Virus record (IMG/VR): IMGVR_UViG_3300001525_000313
Location: 1-64,000 of that record
DNA: 64,000 bases
Direction: 5' to 3' (one strand)
Source of the DNA: a virus
Lineage: Duplodnaviria > Caudoviricetes
Positions 1-10,519 of this stretch are shown here, in pieces; position 1 is the first letter of the stretch; each line of letters opens with the position of its first letter. The notes below the pieces were generated by a model, which did no database searches, had not been told where the DNA came from, and was given only the letters and a program-made list of their open reading frames with translations. The position numbers were made by a program, and so were the translations under genes.

Positions 1-75
1 AGGCCGTCAACAACAGGCCGTCAACAACAGGCCGTCAACAACAGGCCGTCAACAACAGGCCGTCAACAACAGGCC
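1..75. repeat. 14-bp tandem repeat (AGGCCGTCAACAAC) x5.4, truncated by the window start
   Basis: Five exact copies at 1-70 plus AGGCC; no spacers; much more GC-rich than surroundings. Confidence 0.95.
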
Positions 76-126
76 ACAAACACATACCATACTCGCACCA
101 TATCGCTCTATAACAAACTTTTCATT

Positions 127-261
127 AATGCCCTATAAAAAAGTATACCTATCACAAAAGGCTTAAAATACAAGCAATATGAGCCAATATGAGCTATTGC
201 CAAAACTGCTCTGCTTGATTTTCTAAGTTTTTGTGATAGGCTTTTTTTATTTTGTAGCATT
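127..261. repeat. Long imperfect inverted repeat in non-coding DNA
   Basis: Core CCTATCACAAAA (148-159) / TTTTGTGATAGG (229-240), extendable with mismatches to about 45-bp arms (CAAGCA/TGCTTG inside, AATGC/GCATT outside). Confidence 0.7.
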
Positions 262-298
262 TATCTATGTTTTTGTTTGCATAAGTTTAATAAACTTA

Positions 299-345
299 CA
301 TATACTACTATATACTACTATATACTACATATACTACATATAGAC
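299..345. repeat. 9-10-bp tandem repeat (T)ATATACTAC x4-5
   Basis: catatactac tatatactac tatatactac atatactac atatagac. Confidence 0.85.
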
Positions 346-396
346 ATTTGTAATAATTACTATATGTAGTATACACTTTTATGTAATATAATTTAA

Positions 397-3230
397 TTAA
401 TCATCAATCTCTGTAATTTCTAATGAATTACCTTTTAGAGATTCATTAAATCTGTAATCATGTATAAATTCATCATCATTTATTTCAGTATCTGTATCTG
501 CATCATATAATTGCATATACAGATAACCTTTAAGTTCATTAGTAGTATTGAATTCATCTACATTGTATTTTATTAGCGGAAGTAGAATTGAATTGCATAC
601 TAAATAAAATGTATGTGAATCTTTTGTCATTATGATTGGAGTATTTATATTGTAACTATCTGCTCTAAATATATTATCTGATACTGTATAAAAGCTATAA
701 TTGCTTTCTTGAACAGGAATTAATATTGGATCTTGATTTGAATTATTATTAGAACCTATATCACCGCTTGTATCTTGATTATATGGATCATTATTACCGC
801 TTGTATCAGAATCTTGATTTGGATCAGTTGGATTATCAGGATCATCAATAGGTTCAACTACATCATATTGTAATTTTCTTTCAATCGCTACTATAAGTTC
901 TTCTGATGCATTTGCTGATGTTTTATTTGGTTCTCTTAATGCAACAACAAATCTTGATTTGTCATTAAAATCATTTGCTAATGAATTACAAGATTCATTT
1001 GTACCGTCTAATGCATAAAATCCTAATTTGTAATATACCTGTAATTCATTTTCATTTATTAAATCATGTATTGCAAATGTATCTGTTTTATATTTGTATT
1101 CAATATCAGCATGTTTATTTACTAATGAATAATCAACTCTGTTATTAGAATATAAATAAACAGCATTTTGATTGTCACCGGCATGATGATTTAAATTTAT
1201 ATAATCATATCTGTCATTTGGTAACTGTAATGTAACAGGAATATTCAAAGATTTTTTAGAGCTCAATTCATACAAATCATTTTTATATGGGAATCCTGAT
1301 TTGTAAATTGTCATTTCTGAATTTATTGTATCTGATGTCCGCTTACATAATGGATTTCCATAACCATCTGCATGTACTAATTCATTATTCATTGGTACAA
1401 AGTTATACACAATTTCATTAGTTGCTCTAAAGTCTAATATAAAATTAGCATGTGAACACCATGGTCTACCAATTTCAAAGTTAAGTCTTAATCCTGTATT
1501 CTCACTCGTATTCGCAAATATTGGTTCATGTGTAAGTTCATCAAAACCAATTACACGTCTAAGTAATACATTTCCAATTATACGTTGATTTAAACTATCT
1601 ATACTATTAATAACTATTATATCTTGTATTTACATTCTGCCAATAGTTATATGCCATACACGCAATATCGCTATCAGGATCGCCATTCACCTTGTTAAGT
1701 ACTAAATTCCATGATTGCAAATATAATACATCATTTTTATAAATAGAAATTTTTGCAATCAATTTATTACTGACAGCTAAATCACTCTGTAAACCATTTC
1801 CAGCTATACTATTTACTGTAATATAACCTTCACCCGTTGATATTGATCTTGTTAAAAAATCAATATAATTTGAAACTGGTGTATTGCTAATTTTATTACT
1901 AAGCGTACTTACATATATATTACCATCAACAATTTCTTCGCTGTTTACCGTAAATGTTGCTGTTGCAAGTACATTTGAATTGTTACTAACACTAATTGTA
2001 CAATCCTGATTACCGCCTGATGTTATACCCGTTAATTGTACCGTTAATGAATTATACTCATTACTCTTAGCACATACTATCGCATTTACACCAATATCTG
2101 CTGATATATAACTTGGTACACGATTTATCTTTAACTGTAAACTATCTGTATCTTTTGCATATAAATCAGTTGTATAAAATGATAATCCGCTACACTTGTC
2201 TTCAGATTCAGCATAAAAATAATTTGGCTTTATTTTCTTCGCTGATTTCTTATTAGAATATGGTACACAAATAGAATACCCTGATGTCTTTGTACTAATA
2301 TATCTCGGCACTACTGCAACATAAGCTTCATCTGCTTTTGGTAATAATACAATTGAGCTGTTAATTCCTTCATCACAATGTATATATCTATAGCCTGAAA
2401 CTTTACTCTTAATAACTAAATACAAGGCACCATCTTTATACTTTGTTTTATAAATGCCATCTTGTATTTGTAAATCTTCTAAATCACTCTCAGGTTCATT
2501 ATCAGTTAAACATGCACCAGTTAATCTACATGGCTGTCCTTTAAGAATTGCTGGCTCGCCATCATATAAATCAAATACTAATGCTTCATCTTGCAATTCA
2601 TTAATATCAAAAGGTTCACATATAAACTTTATAATTCCTGAAATCTTAAATGACGGATCTTCTACATCTGTTACATAAGTGAAATCACGATTTATTAATT
2701 CAGGTTCAAAATCATGTAACTCATCATTTTGTAATCTCTCTGCTATATCTGCATGAATACCTTCAGGATATAATCGATTTAATACCTCACTAGTCCAACG
2801 GTCTTTATTTACATAATAATTTATATATACGTTGTCATCATACTCATTTACATATTCATCATCATAAACAACAATATGTATCTTAGTTTCAGTACGACTA
2901 ATTCTCACATGTAAATAATTTCCAGCAGGATTATCATTTACACATTCAACTGTAATATTGTCGATTGTACCTGATGCATTACGCCCATCTGTTACATCAG
3001 CTAACCTAATCCAGTACTCATACAATGAATCTTTCTTACTTTTATTTACAATATCGATTTCTTTATTATAAAGATCTGCAGGTTTACCAAATAAAAAATC
3101 TTTTTCATAACCAAGATAAACTGGATTTACCCGAAATTCTGATTTCTTTCATAAAGAAATTAATGAAATTTCTTGTAGCTTTTGAAGATAAATTATATCT
3201 ATTAAACAGTATGTTTAATCTATCTTTCAT
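397..3230 (-). pseudogene. Large acidic hypothetical protein (~940 aa, possibly virion-associated), split by two +1 frameshifts into ORFs 397..1410 and 1607..3025 plus an N-terminal piece
   Basis: ATG at 3230 (MKDRLNILF...); removing one A near 3150 joins it to the open frame leading into ORF 1607..3025; removing one A near 1631 joins that to the open frame leading into ORF 397..1410. Confidence 0.6.
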
Positions 3231-3279
3231 AATCAAATCGCCATATTTGAATATACATAATTTATATTAAGGGAATACT

Positions 3280-3900
3280 ATGCAAAAAGTAAATATTGTT
3301 GTAGGTCGTTTTCAACCATTTACACGCGGTCATTATGCTTGTATAAATGCAGCTAAAAAACAAGCTGGTCTTCCAACTGTCATTTGTATGATAAATACTA
3401 CAGAAGCAAAAATTGATAAACGCCACCCATTCACAATAGATATGCTAATCGATGTATATAGTGAAGTTTTTGATTCAGATGCTAATATACTTGATATAAT
3501 TCCTGTTGTAAATGCTAACATTGTAAAGATTGGTACTTTACTTCGTGAACACGGATATGAAGTTGCTGCTTGGACATGCGGCACAGATCGTTATCCAGTA
3601 TATAGCAATATGGCTGAAAAATATCATGAACAAGCTGGATTATCTGATGATTTTCAAATGATTGAAGTTCCACGAACTGATGAATATATTAGCGCTACAA
3701 AAGCTAGAGGTTGTTTAATACGTAATGATAAATCAGGATTTTTAAGTTTAGTTCCAGCAATGCCAAAAGATAAAGCTGATTATCTATTTGATACATTATA
3801 TACACAAATTAAAAAAGTATATGTTGATGAGTCATTCAATAGATCTTTAGCATTACAATTCCGTATAGCTAAATTAGAAAGACTATTAAATATAAAATAA
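3280..3900 (+). CDS. HIGH-superfamily nucleotidyltransferase (cytidylyltransferase/NMN adenylyltransferase-like) with C-terminal LxxRIAKLE tag
   Basis: GRFQPFTRGH, CGTDR and ISATKAR motifs; ends ...VDESFNRSLALQFRIAKLERLLNIK. Confidence 0.8.
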   Translation: MQKVNIVVGRFQPFTRGHYACINAAKKQAGLPTVICMINTTEAKIDKRHPFTIDMLIDVYSEVFDSDANILDIIPVVNANIVKIGTLLREHGYEVAAWTCGTDRYPVYSNMAEKYHEQAGLSDDFQMIEVPRTDEYISATKARGCLIRNDKSGFLSLVPAMPKDKADYLFDTLYTQIKKVYVDESFNRSLALQFRIAKLERLLNIK

Positions 3901-3934
3901 TAATTAACATATAATAAGTCGCTATACAAATAAA

Positions 3935-3965
3935 GCCGTATATACAATGTATATACGGCCTTTTT
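3935..3965. terminator. Bidirectional intrinsic terminator between convergent genes
   Basis: GCCGTATATACA-A-TGTATATACGGC with T tract on the right and A tract on the left. Confidence 0.75.
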
Positions 3966-3988
3966 AGTTTTTAATAATATTTGTAAAT

Positions 3989-4789
3989 TTAATATAAAAC
4001 AACTACATTTGCATTTTGCAATGATGTTCTTGTTTGATCTAACACATTATCAAGATTTACTTTGAGACCTTCCAGTATAATTGGATAATAATTTTTCTGC
4101 TCAAAGTTTTTACAATTTGATAAAATGATGTCTGCATTAGGATCACATTGTTCAAGCTGTCTAATTAAATCTTTTACTTTTAATGAATAATGCTTTTGTG
4201 GGAAATCATCAATTGAGTTTTCAATTTCAGATATATTAAATTCAGTGTCCCATCCTAGATACTTTTGATAATGAATTATATCATGTCCATAATATACTGC
4301 ACGTTTGAAATCAGAAAGATATTCAAGTTTGTCTTTCATACATGCAGGTGCTTCATCAAGTAAATAGAAATTTGTGAATGGATTTGATTTGCCAACAATT
4401 TCAATAAGCAATCTACCAAGATCACAATTTGTTGGACGATTGTCATTTTTGAATAAGCTTGCTGTGATTGTAATATTGAATGATCTGTTATTTTCAACCA
4501 TAAATGAAAATACAAATGAAACATTCTTTATTTTTTCTAAACCGCATTCACATTCACCTGCATAATACACATAACAAGTATTAGGCGTTGCAAGCCATGG
4601 AAACTTTTCACTAAGATTTACTGTTTGCCAAATGCCTACACCTACACTATTGTTGAAATCAGTATCTGTTGCATAAGGATATACTACATCACCATAAAAG
4701 CAATGGTAATCATTTATCTGATCTTTTGCATAGCGAACGATTTGACGCTCAGGCTCAGGCAAATTATACGTTGCAATTATTTTACACAT
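3989..4789 (-). CDS. Hypothetical protein with C-terminal 'KVKDLIRQLEQ' small domain
   Basis: 266-aa ORF, GAGG RBS; C-terminus resembles neighbouring ORF 4798..4980. Confidence 0.65.
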   Translation of the reverse strand: MCKIIATYNLPEPERQIVRYAKDQINDYHCFYGDVVYPYATDTDFNNSVGVGIWQTVNLSEKFPWLATPNTCYVYYAGECECGLEKIKNVSFVFSFMVENNRSFNITITASLFKNDNRPTNCDLGRLLIEIVGKSNPFTNFYLLDEAPACMKDKLEYLSDFKRAVYYGHDIIHYQKYLGWDTEFNISEIENSIDDFPQKHYSLKVKDLIRQLEQCDPNADIILSNCKNFEQKNYYPIILEGLKVNLDNVLDQTRTSLQNANVVVLY

Positions 4790-4797
4790 TAGAACCT

Positions 4798-4980
4798 CTA
4801 CATTGAATAATCATAAAGAATACTTATATATTGTTTATACACTTTATCATACTTTTCAAGTCTTACATCGTAAATACCTAATGATGTTTCAGGCAAACCA
4901 TCTGGCGTATATGTGTCTAAGAAAACATCAAGCTCATCATCAAATAAATTTAACTTCTCAATCAATTCTTTTACTTTCAT
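4798..4980 (-). CDS. Small hypothetical protein (MKVKELIEKL... type)
   Basis: 60-aa ORF; common phage small-protein N-terminus. Confidence 0.65.
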   Translation of the reverse strand: MKVKELIEKLNLFDDELDVFLDTYTPDGLPETSLGIYDVRLEKYDKVYKQYISILYDYSM

Positions 4981-5023
4981 CTATATTTGACCTTATATTG
5001 TAAACATAGCTTTAATATAAGAC

Positions 5024-5064
5024 AAAAAATCCTCATGTATATTATTAATAATATACATGAGGAT
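5024..5064 (-). terminator. 36-bp perfect palindrome, terminator-like
   Basis: ATCCTCATGTATATTATT|AATAATATACATGAGGAT at 5029-5064 preceded by A tract (U tract on minus strand). Confidence 0.7.
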
Positions 5065-5096
5065 CTGATAAGTAATAACTAATTATTAGTCATTTT

Positions 5097-5491
5097 TTAA
5101 TGATGACCAGGTTTTATGTCAAATGATATTGCTATATTTTTAAGAGCACCTAAATCATTCTTTACTTGTGTTATTTCTCTAATTTTTCTATTAACTGCAC
5201 CCGCAATCTCATTAAGTAAATCTTCAGCAGAGTCATAACCAGCCTTCTGCATTTTATAGAAAACATTAAGATCAGAATTATATGGGTACCCTTTATCTTT
5301 TTCATCAAGCATATACTTAAATAAGTTCAATGCAGTGGCTAATCTGACATGTGCCCGGCGTCGAGTGAACCATCTGCATTCATACTTTTTAGATTATCCA
5401 TAATTCTATCAATGTCTGATCTTGATATATCCTCATTCATAATGAGACTTTCTAACTTTGCAATTCGTTTTTCTAAACTTTTGTTTGTCAT
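5097..5491 (-). pseudogene. Tagged hypothetical protein (MTNKSLEKRIAKLESLIMNE...), one-base frameshift near 5367
   Basis: ATG at 5491 overlaps upstream TGA; frame stops near 5339, while the shifted frame (RRRAHVRLATALNLFKY) continues into ORF 5097..5330. Confidence 0.7.
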
Positions 5492-5868
5492 ATTTTATAT
5501 TTCATCCGTAAAAGTGGGATAATTAATACATGGCTTATAATTAGAATTTCTACATATTTAGGATCTGGTGTCCATGGATCTTCTTCACTAACTTTATCAA
5601 GTGCACACCACCTAAGATCATCATCGCATTCTTCTAAATATAGAATATGGTGTGGTAAACATATCAGAATATCATCACGAATATAATTTGTTCCACATGT
5701 GGGATCCCAGTCTAAATCTTTTGCAGAATTTTTAAAGCATTCCCATGTAACCACTTCACCACCAATACTTACTGATATTACATCATCTTCAGTATACGGC
5801 ACATTATTATAACGTGTTAAGTGAATTGCATCTATTGTATCTTCAAGAAAGTTTGAAATATATCCCAT
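5488..5868 (-). CDS. Hypothetical acidic phage protein
   Basis: 126-aa ORF translationally coupled to both neighbours. Confidence 0.65.
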   Translation of the reverse strand: MGYISNFLEDTIDAIHLTRYNNVPYTEDDVISVSIGGEVVTWECFKNSAKDLDWDPTCGTNYIRDDILICLPHHILYLEECDDDLRWCALDKVSEEDPWTPDPKYVEILIISHVLIIPLLRMKYKI

Positions 5869-6344
5869 TATGACAATGTGACTCCATGCTCATCTAAATA
5901 TTTAAAAAATTCATTTGTTGATAATCCATATGTTCTTGATGGATCATATATTGTTGTATGAACCTCATCAGCATTATATTCATTTTTTAAAAGCTTTTCT
6001 ATATCACTAAATGATTTAACTTCATGGATTCCTTTAAATGGCTGCCAAGCACATTCAATCCATTGCATTGTACTAGGTACAATAATATATACATGTGAAG
6101 CTATCATCTCTGTAGCTTTGTGAATGCTAGTAAAAAAGCAATATGAAATAATATTATATTTAATAAGCAAGTCTTTTATAGGTCCAACAAAGTCCCAACA
6201 TATACCACCATTTAAAAAATCGAATTCTTGCTTTGTTTTAATATGATAATCTTTATTTGAGACATCACAGTCAATATATTCATATTTGCTATATTTCTCA
6301 TAAACTTTAATTACATTGTTTATTATTTGATTCATAAAATGCAT
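5868..6344 (-). CDS. Transglutaminase/papain-like fold protein
   Basis: GGICWDFV...SHVYII...WIECAW gives a Cys-His-acid triad pattern. Confidence 0.5.
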   Translation of the reverse strand: MHFMNQIINNVIKVYEKYSKYEYIDCDVSNKDYHIKTKQEFDFLNGGICWDFVGPIKDLLIKYNIISYCFFTSIHKATEMIASHVYIIVPSTMQWIECAWQPFKGIHEVKSFSDIEKLLKNEYNADEVHTTIYDPSRTYGLSTNEFFKYLDEHGVTLS

Positions 6345-7095
6345 CTCTTATTCTATCAGCAGCTATGTGATAATAATTATTATCAAGCTCAATACCAATA
6401 AAATTACGATTAGTATTTACACATGCTACACCTGTTGATCCAGAACCCATGCAATTATCCAGCACTGTCATTCCTTTATTAGTATATGTTTTTATTAAAT
6501 ATTCAAGAAGATCAACAGGCTTTTGTGTAGGATGTAATTTTGTTCCATTGCTATTTGGAACACTTTTAAAAAATTGTACAGATTCCGGATATTTACCGCG
6601 TTCTATATCAAAAGCACTTTGGCATTCATAAGTAACAGTCATATTGTTTATATTACATGGTGTAGATGATCTAGACATAATATCACCAGTTTTATAACGA
6701 TTTGTAGTTGAATCACTATATGACTGAAACTGTGGATTGTATACAGGTTGCTTATCATAAAATACACTTATTATTTCATGATATTTCATTGGTCTTGATT
6801 TTGCTGTTGCAAATCCACCACTTGAATTCTTATGCCAAATCCAATCATACTTAAACCACTTAATATTACTAAGTCTAAGATATGAGCTAAATGGCTCTGA
6901 ACCAAATAATAAAATTGCAGCATTCTTTTTACATATTCTTTTATATGATTCCCATAACTTGTCAAATGGAATAACACAATCCCACTTACATGAAGTCATA
7001 CCATAAGGCAAAACACATAATATCATATCCACAGAATTGTCTTGCAATTTATCCATTTCAATAAGACAATCACCTTCATACAAAGAATAATTCAT
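6307..7095 (-). CDS. N6A/N4C DNA methyltransferase (beta class); catalytic DLPY reads VLPY
   Basis: GDCL, ILC(V)LPYG, HPTQKPVDLLEYLI, VLDNCMGSGSTG, FIGIELD; probable start MNYSLY at 7095 after GGAG. Confidence 0.9.
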   Translation of the reverse strand: MNYSLYEGDCLIEMDKLQDNSVDMILCVLPYGMTSCKWDCVIPFDKLWESYKRICKKNAAILLFGSEPFSSYLRLSNIKWFKYDWIWHKNSSGGFATAKSRPMKYHEIISVFYDKQPVYNPQFQSYSDSTTNRYKTGDIMSRSSTPCNINNMTVTYECQSAFDIERGKYPESVQFFKSVPNSNGTKLHPTQKPVDLLEYLIKTYTNKGMTVLDNCMGSGSTGVACVNTNRNFIGIELDNNYYHIAADRIRDAFYESNNKQCN

Positions 7096-7113
7096 ACAAG
7101 CTCCAAATACAAA

Positions 7114-7150
7114 TAAACCCATGATATATTCATATACATCATGGGTTTTA
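7114..7150 (-). terminator. Intergenic hairpin, terminator-like
   Basis: AAACCCATGAT...ATCATGGGTTT flanked by A/T tracts. Confidence 0.65.
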
Positions 7151-7192
7151 TTATTTGAATCGTATTAAATTAACGATTGTTTTCTTCATAAA

Positions 7193-7477
7193 TTATTTGA
7201 ACATTTCACCAAGCACATCACATGCAGCTTTAAACTGTTTTAGAGCATTAACCTTTTCGGTATTATCATTCATAGTATCACTTTCAAGTGCCTCGATTAA
7301 ACCAGGTAATTCTTTAGAAGCTGCACTTATAATAGCTGGAAGATTTTTAATAATATTTGGTGCTATCTTTGCAAATATAGCTGGAAGAGCTTCATTTTTT
7401 GGTGTACGACGTTCGCTTACAATTCGCTCAAGTCGTGACAAACGCTCTTCTAATGTTGATTTATAATTTCTACGCAT
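7193..7477 (-). CDS. Tagged small helical hypothetical protein
   Basis: MRRNYKSTLEERLSRLERIVSERRTPKNE... Confidence 0.75.
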   Translation of the reverse strand: MRRNYKSTLEERLSRLERIVSERRTPKNEALPAIFAKIAPNIIKNLPAIISAASKELPGLIEALESDTMNDNTEKVNALKQFKAACDVLGEMFK

Positions 7478-7479
7478 CT

Positions 7480-8928
7480 TTATTCCCCATCATCAATTAG
7501 ATTAAAAAGAAATTTAGCTTTTGGTTTATCTTTTAAATAATCATATAATAATTTATTATTTATAGTAAAGTCTGTATTAGCTCCAGCTTCAATTAGCAAT
7601 TCTGCAAAATCAAAGTAACCTCTAATAATAGCGCTATATAATGGTGTATTACCAGACTCATCTGCTAAATCAACATCAGCACCATTTTCAATTAATAAGT
7701 CACCAATTATTACATCATTAAATTGTGACATAATTAATAGTGGTGGTTGTTTAGAATTAGCACCATTAACATCGGCACCAAGATCAATTAACTTTTGAAT
7801 GACATATCCATCAACAGATTGTAAACATGCATAAGTCAATGCAGTCATTTGATCTTCAATTATAATATCAGGATCAATGCCAGATTTAACAAGCTGTTCG
7901 ATTAAACGAGAATCACCATCATCAATTGCAGCTTGCATCTTTATAGCATCTATATTATCATCATTTATAACAGATTCAGGAATTTCATTTACTGTTGGCA
8001 ATATTACATTATTTTTAATATATACTTTTGCAAATGTATCACCTAAATCATTATCAGCTGAATCCCAAATAGATTGTATATGTTTATCTACATCCTGTAG
8101 TACACAATATTTTTCAGCGGCGTCATGCTTATTTATAAAGAAATAATACCCACCATCTAAGTTTTCAGATTCAATATAATTATTGAAATAATATTCACCT
8201 TTACCTTCAGATTCAGGGTATCTTCCAGTAATGCACCATTTGGTGTTTTTTCCATAAATAACAGCTGCATCATATGTTGTTATTTTATATACATTCCAAT
8301 CATCATCACTATAAATTAATTTTGCACCAGACTGTTTTGCTGATACACTGCGATCTCTATTTGATTTAAAGCCATCAATATAAGCTTTTACTTCATCAGG
8401 ATCTCTTCGTATAAGTTTATATATGTCTTTATAGTTTGAGTCTTTAATTTTATTTTTAATTAAAGTATATTTGTCATAATATTCATCACCAAGAAAATCA
8501 CGCAATACTTCTTGATCATGCTTACCTTCACATATTAGCTGCTCTAATTTTCTTAATCTATATTCAAGACCAAGCTTATGTCTATCATAATCAGCTGATC
8601 TTTTCATATATAAATTCATATCTTCTTTAATTGGATTTATGTCAACTCTAACATCATCGATATATAATGGATCATCATTTAATATACTAAAAAAGTCATC
8701 CTCACGAATATCACCATCATATTCAACAACAGCATCAAGATCAGATGCTTGTTTAGCTTGATTCCTTAATCTTGATCCATGCAACCTTATATCATTAAGT
8801 TTAATATCATCAGCTGAATGCCAACTATCCCAAATTCTATCAATGATGAAGTCATTAATTATTTTAATAACTTCATCATATGAATACTGCTCAAGACCCT
8901 GTATTTCCTTATTCATTTTACCAGCCAC
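7480..8928 (-). CDS. Multidomain protein: Pol-beta-type nucleotidyltransferase + internal tag + 'YGxxTxWC' domain + ankyrin repeats
   Basis: LHGSR...SDLDAVVEY (GS...DxD); LEYRLRKLEQLICE; AAVIYGKNTKWCITG; TALTYAC, LIDLGADVN, LIENGADVD, GNTPLYSA, LIEAGAN. Confidence 0.8.
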   Translation of the reverse strand: MAGKMNKEIQGLEQYSYDEVIKIINDFIIDRIWDSWHSADDIKLNDIRLHGSRLRNQAKQASDLDAVVEYDGDIREDDFFSILNDDPLYIDDVRVDINPIKEDMNLYMKRSADYDRHKLGLEYRLRKLEQLICEGKHDQEVLRDFLGDEYYDKYTLIKNKIKDSNYKDIYKLIRRDPDEVKAYIDGFKSNRDRSVSAKQSGAKLIYSDDDWNVYKITTYDAAVIYGKNTKWCITGRYPESEGKGEYYFNNYIESENLDGGYYFFINKHDAAEKYCVLQDVDKHIQSIWDSADNDLGDTFAKVYIKNNVILPTVNEIPESVINDDNIDAIKMQAAIDDGDSRLIEQLVKSGIDPDIIIEDQMTALTYACLQSVDGYVIQKLIDLGADVNGANSKQPPLLIMSQFNDVIIGDLLIENGADVDLADESGNTPLYSAIIRGYFDFAELLIEAGANTDFTINNKLLYDYLKDKPKAKFLFNLIDDGE

Positions 8929-9493
8929 TTGTCTCTTTCATTATATATGTAAAATCAAAGTTTACTGAATCGCCAGCGTCATAAATGTCTCCAGCATCAA
9001 TAGGTCTAAATACATTGCCCATCTCAAACTGTACTTCTTTATTTAAGTCAAACTGATTAAGATAATTGATAAGTTCTCCAACAGTTAATCTATCTTTTGA
9101 TTCATTCTTACGTTGTTTACATTTATGATTTATAGATTCATCAAAATCACCATCGCTATCAAAATAGCCTTTATCTTCCCAATCAAAGTAAATGGCCAAA
9201 TCACCAGCTACTTCAGAAGCTTCTTCAGCTATTACTGATTTTTTACTTAGAAGATAACCTCTACTAAAGTTATAATCATTTTCTATAAAATCGATAATAG
9301 TATTTATAGCCTTATCTTCTTTATGAATTATCATATCAAGAAGCTTACTTTGTCTTTCATGATTATTAATTCTGTCTATTAAGTCGTATACAGTATTATG
9401 AATAGCTTCAATAAGGCGTGATAATTCAGCATCTTCATTTGTAATAAACTTTTCTAATCTAGCAACTCTTGCTTCTAATTTATTATTATTCAT
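8918..9493 (-). CDS. Tagged hypothetical protein
   Basis: MNNNKLEARVARLEKFITNE...; C-terminal LTVGELINYLNQF domain. Confidence 0.75.
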   Translation of the reverse strand: MNNNKLEARVARLEKFITNEDAELSRLIEAIHNTVYDLIDRINNHERQSKLLDMIIHKEDKAINTIIDFIENDYNFSRGYLLSKKSVIAEEASEVAGDLAIYFDWEDKGYFDSDGDFDESINHKCKQRKNESKDRLTVGELINYLNQFDLNKEVQFEMGNVFRPIDAGDIYDAGDSVNFDFTYIMKETSGW

Positions 9494-9495
9494 TA

Positions 9496-10503
9496 TTATC
9501 TCTCAGCCTTCTTTGCATGCTTTTCAATATGATCTTTAAGCTTTGCGGGGAAATTCTTTAATTCATCAAGTGTAAATTTAGCAATGAAACCATCTTTTGA
9601 TTTCATTATATAATTTCCCTTACCGGCTTTCATAATGCCAAATGAATCTTTATTACCGTCTTTATAAACAATTTCAATAGACCATTTGGTACTTCCAACA
9701 TCGCCTTCGATAACTTCCATATCATACTTTGGAAATTCTTTTTTAATATCATAAGCGATTTCTTTTGCAAGATCAGAGTCATTATTCTTTTTATTATCTT
9801 CAATGTTCTCTTCAGCTTGCTCAATATGTTTTGCAATATGGTCAATTACTGATTGCGGTACATTTAATTCGCCATCTTCATCTGAGAATTTAACTTTAAG
9901 CTTATCTTTATCAGATGTTATAGTATAATCATGCTTATCATCATCTTGTTTAACAAGTGAAAGATCTTCTTGATTACCATCATTATACACTAAACGAAGA
10001 ATCCAAGCATCTTTTTTGTTCTTAAGATCAACATCAGAATCAATTTCTAAATCATCTTTATCAAACTTAGCTGCAATATCCATTGCTGCAACTTCACCAT
10101 CATGAGCTCGTGTATCTTCACGTTCATTTGTGACTTTTTTATTTATATTTAACTTCTCACAAATTCTATTCATTCGGCTCTCTAATGAGAGAATTCTAAG
10201 ATCTTGTTTATAATAATTCATAATAATACTAACTAATTTATTAACATCAATACAACTTAATGCAGCTAATGCTAATAACTGTAATGTATTATTTGGATCT
10301 AATATACATAAATCAGCTTTACATGTTTCAATATTATCTTCAATTTGTTGCTTAACTTGCTGTTCATAATCGTCAAGTGAGTTACAATTTGCTAGTACTG
10401 GCTTAAATGAATCAATATCCATTCTGTCCGCAAGTGCTAATGTTTGTAAATCACTCCACTGATCACAACATTCTGATACTTTTTTTGACATATTGTAACC
10501 CAC
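9496..10503 (-). CDS. Acidic hypothetical protein with degenerate internal tag and an internal duplicated domain
   Basis: LESRMNRICE...VTNE; repeats AMDIAAKF...WILRLVYNDGNQE...DHIAKH and AYDIKKEF...WSIEIVYKDGNKD...DHIEKH. Confidence 0.75.
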   Translation of the reverse strand: MGYNMSKKVSECCDQWSDLQTLALADRMDIDSFKPVLANCNSLDDYEQQVKQQIEDNIETCKADLCILDPNNTLQLLALAALSCIDVNKLVSIIMNYYKQDLRILSLESRMNRICEKLNINKKVTNEREDTRAHDGEVAAMDIAAKFDKDDLEIDSDVDLKNKKDAWILRLVYNDGNQEDLSLVKQDDDKHDYTITSDKDKLKVKFSDEDGELNVPQSVIDHIAKHIEQAEENIEDNKKNNDSDLAKEIAYDIKKEFPKYDMEVIEGDVGSTKWSIEIVYKDGNKDSFGIMKAGKGNYIMKSKDGFIAKFTLDELKNFPAKLKDHIEKHAKKAER

Positions 10504-10519
10504 TTAAAATTACTATATA

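Noticed and set aside
1-75. CRISPR array
   Set aside because: 14-bp units are head-to-tail with no spacers; no cas genes seen
3025-3270. 81-aa plus-strand ORF
   Set aside because: Overlaps the reconstructed 5' end of the minus-strand gene starting at 3230; no motifs
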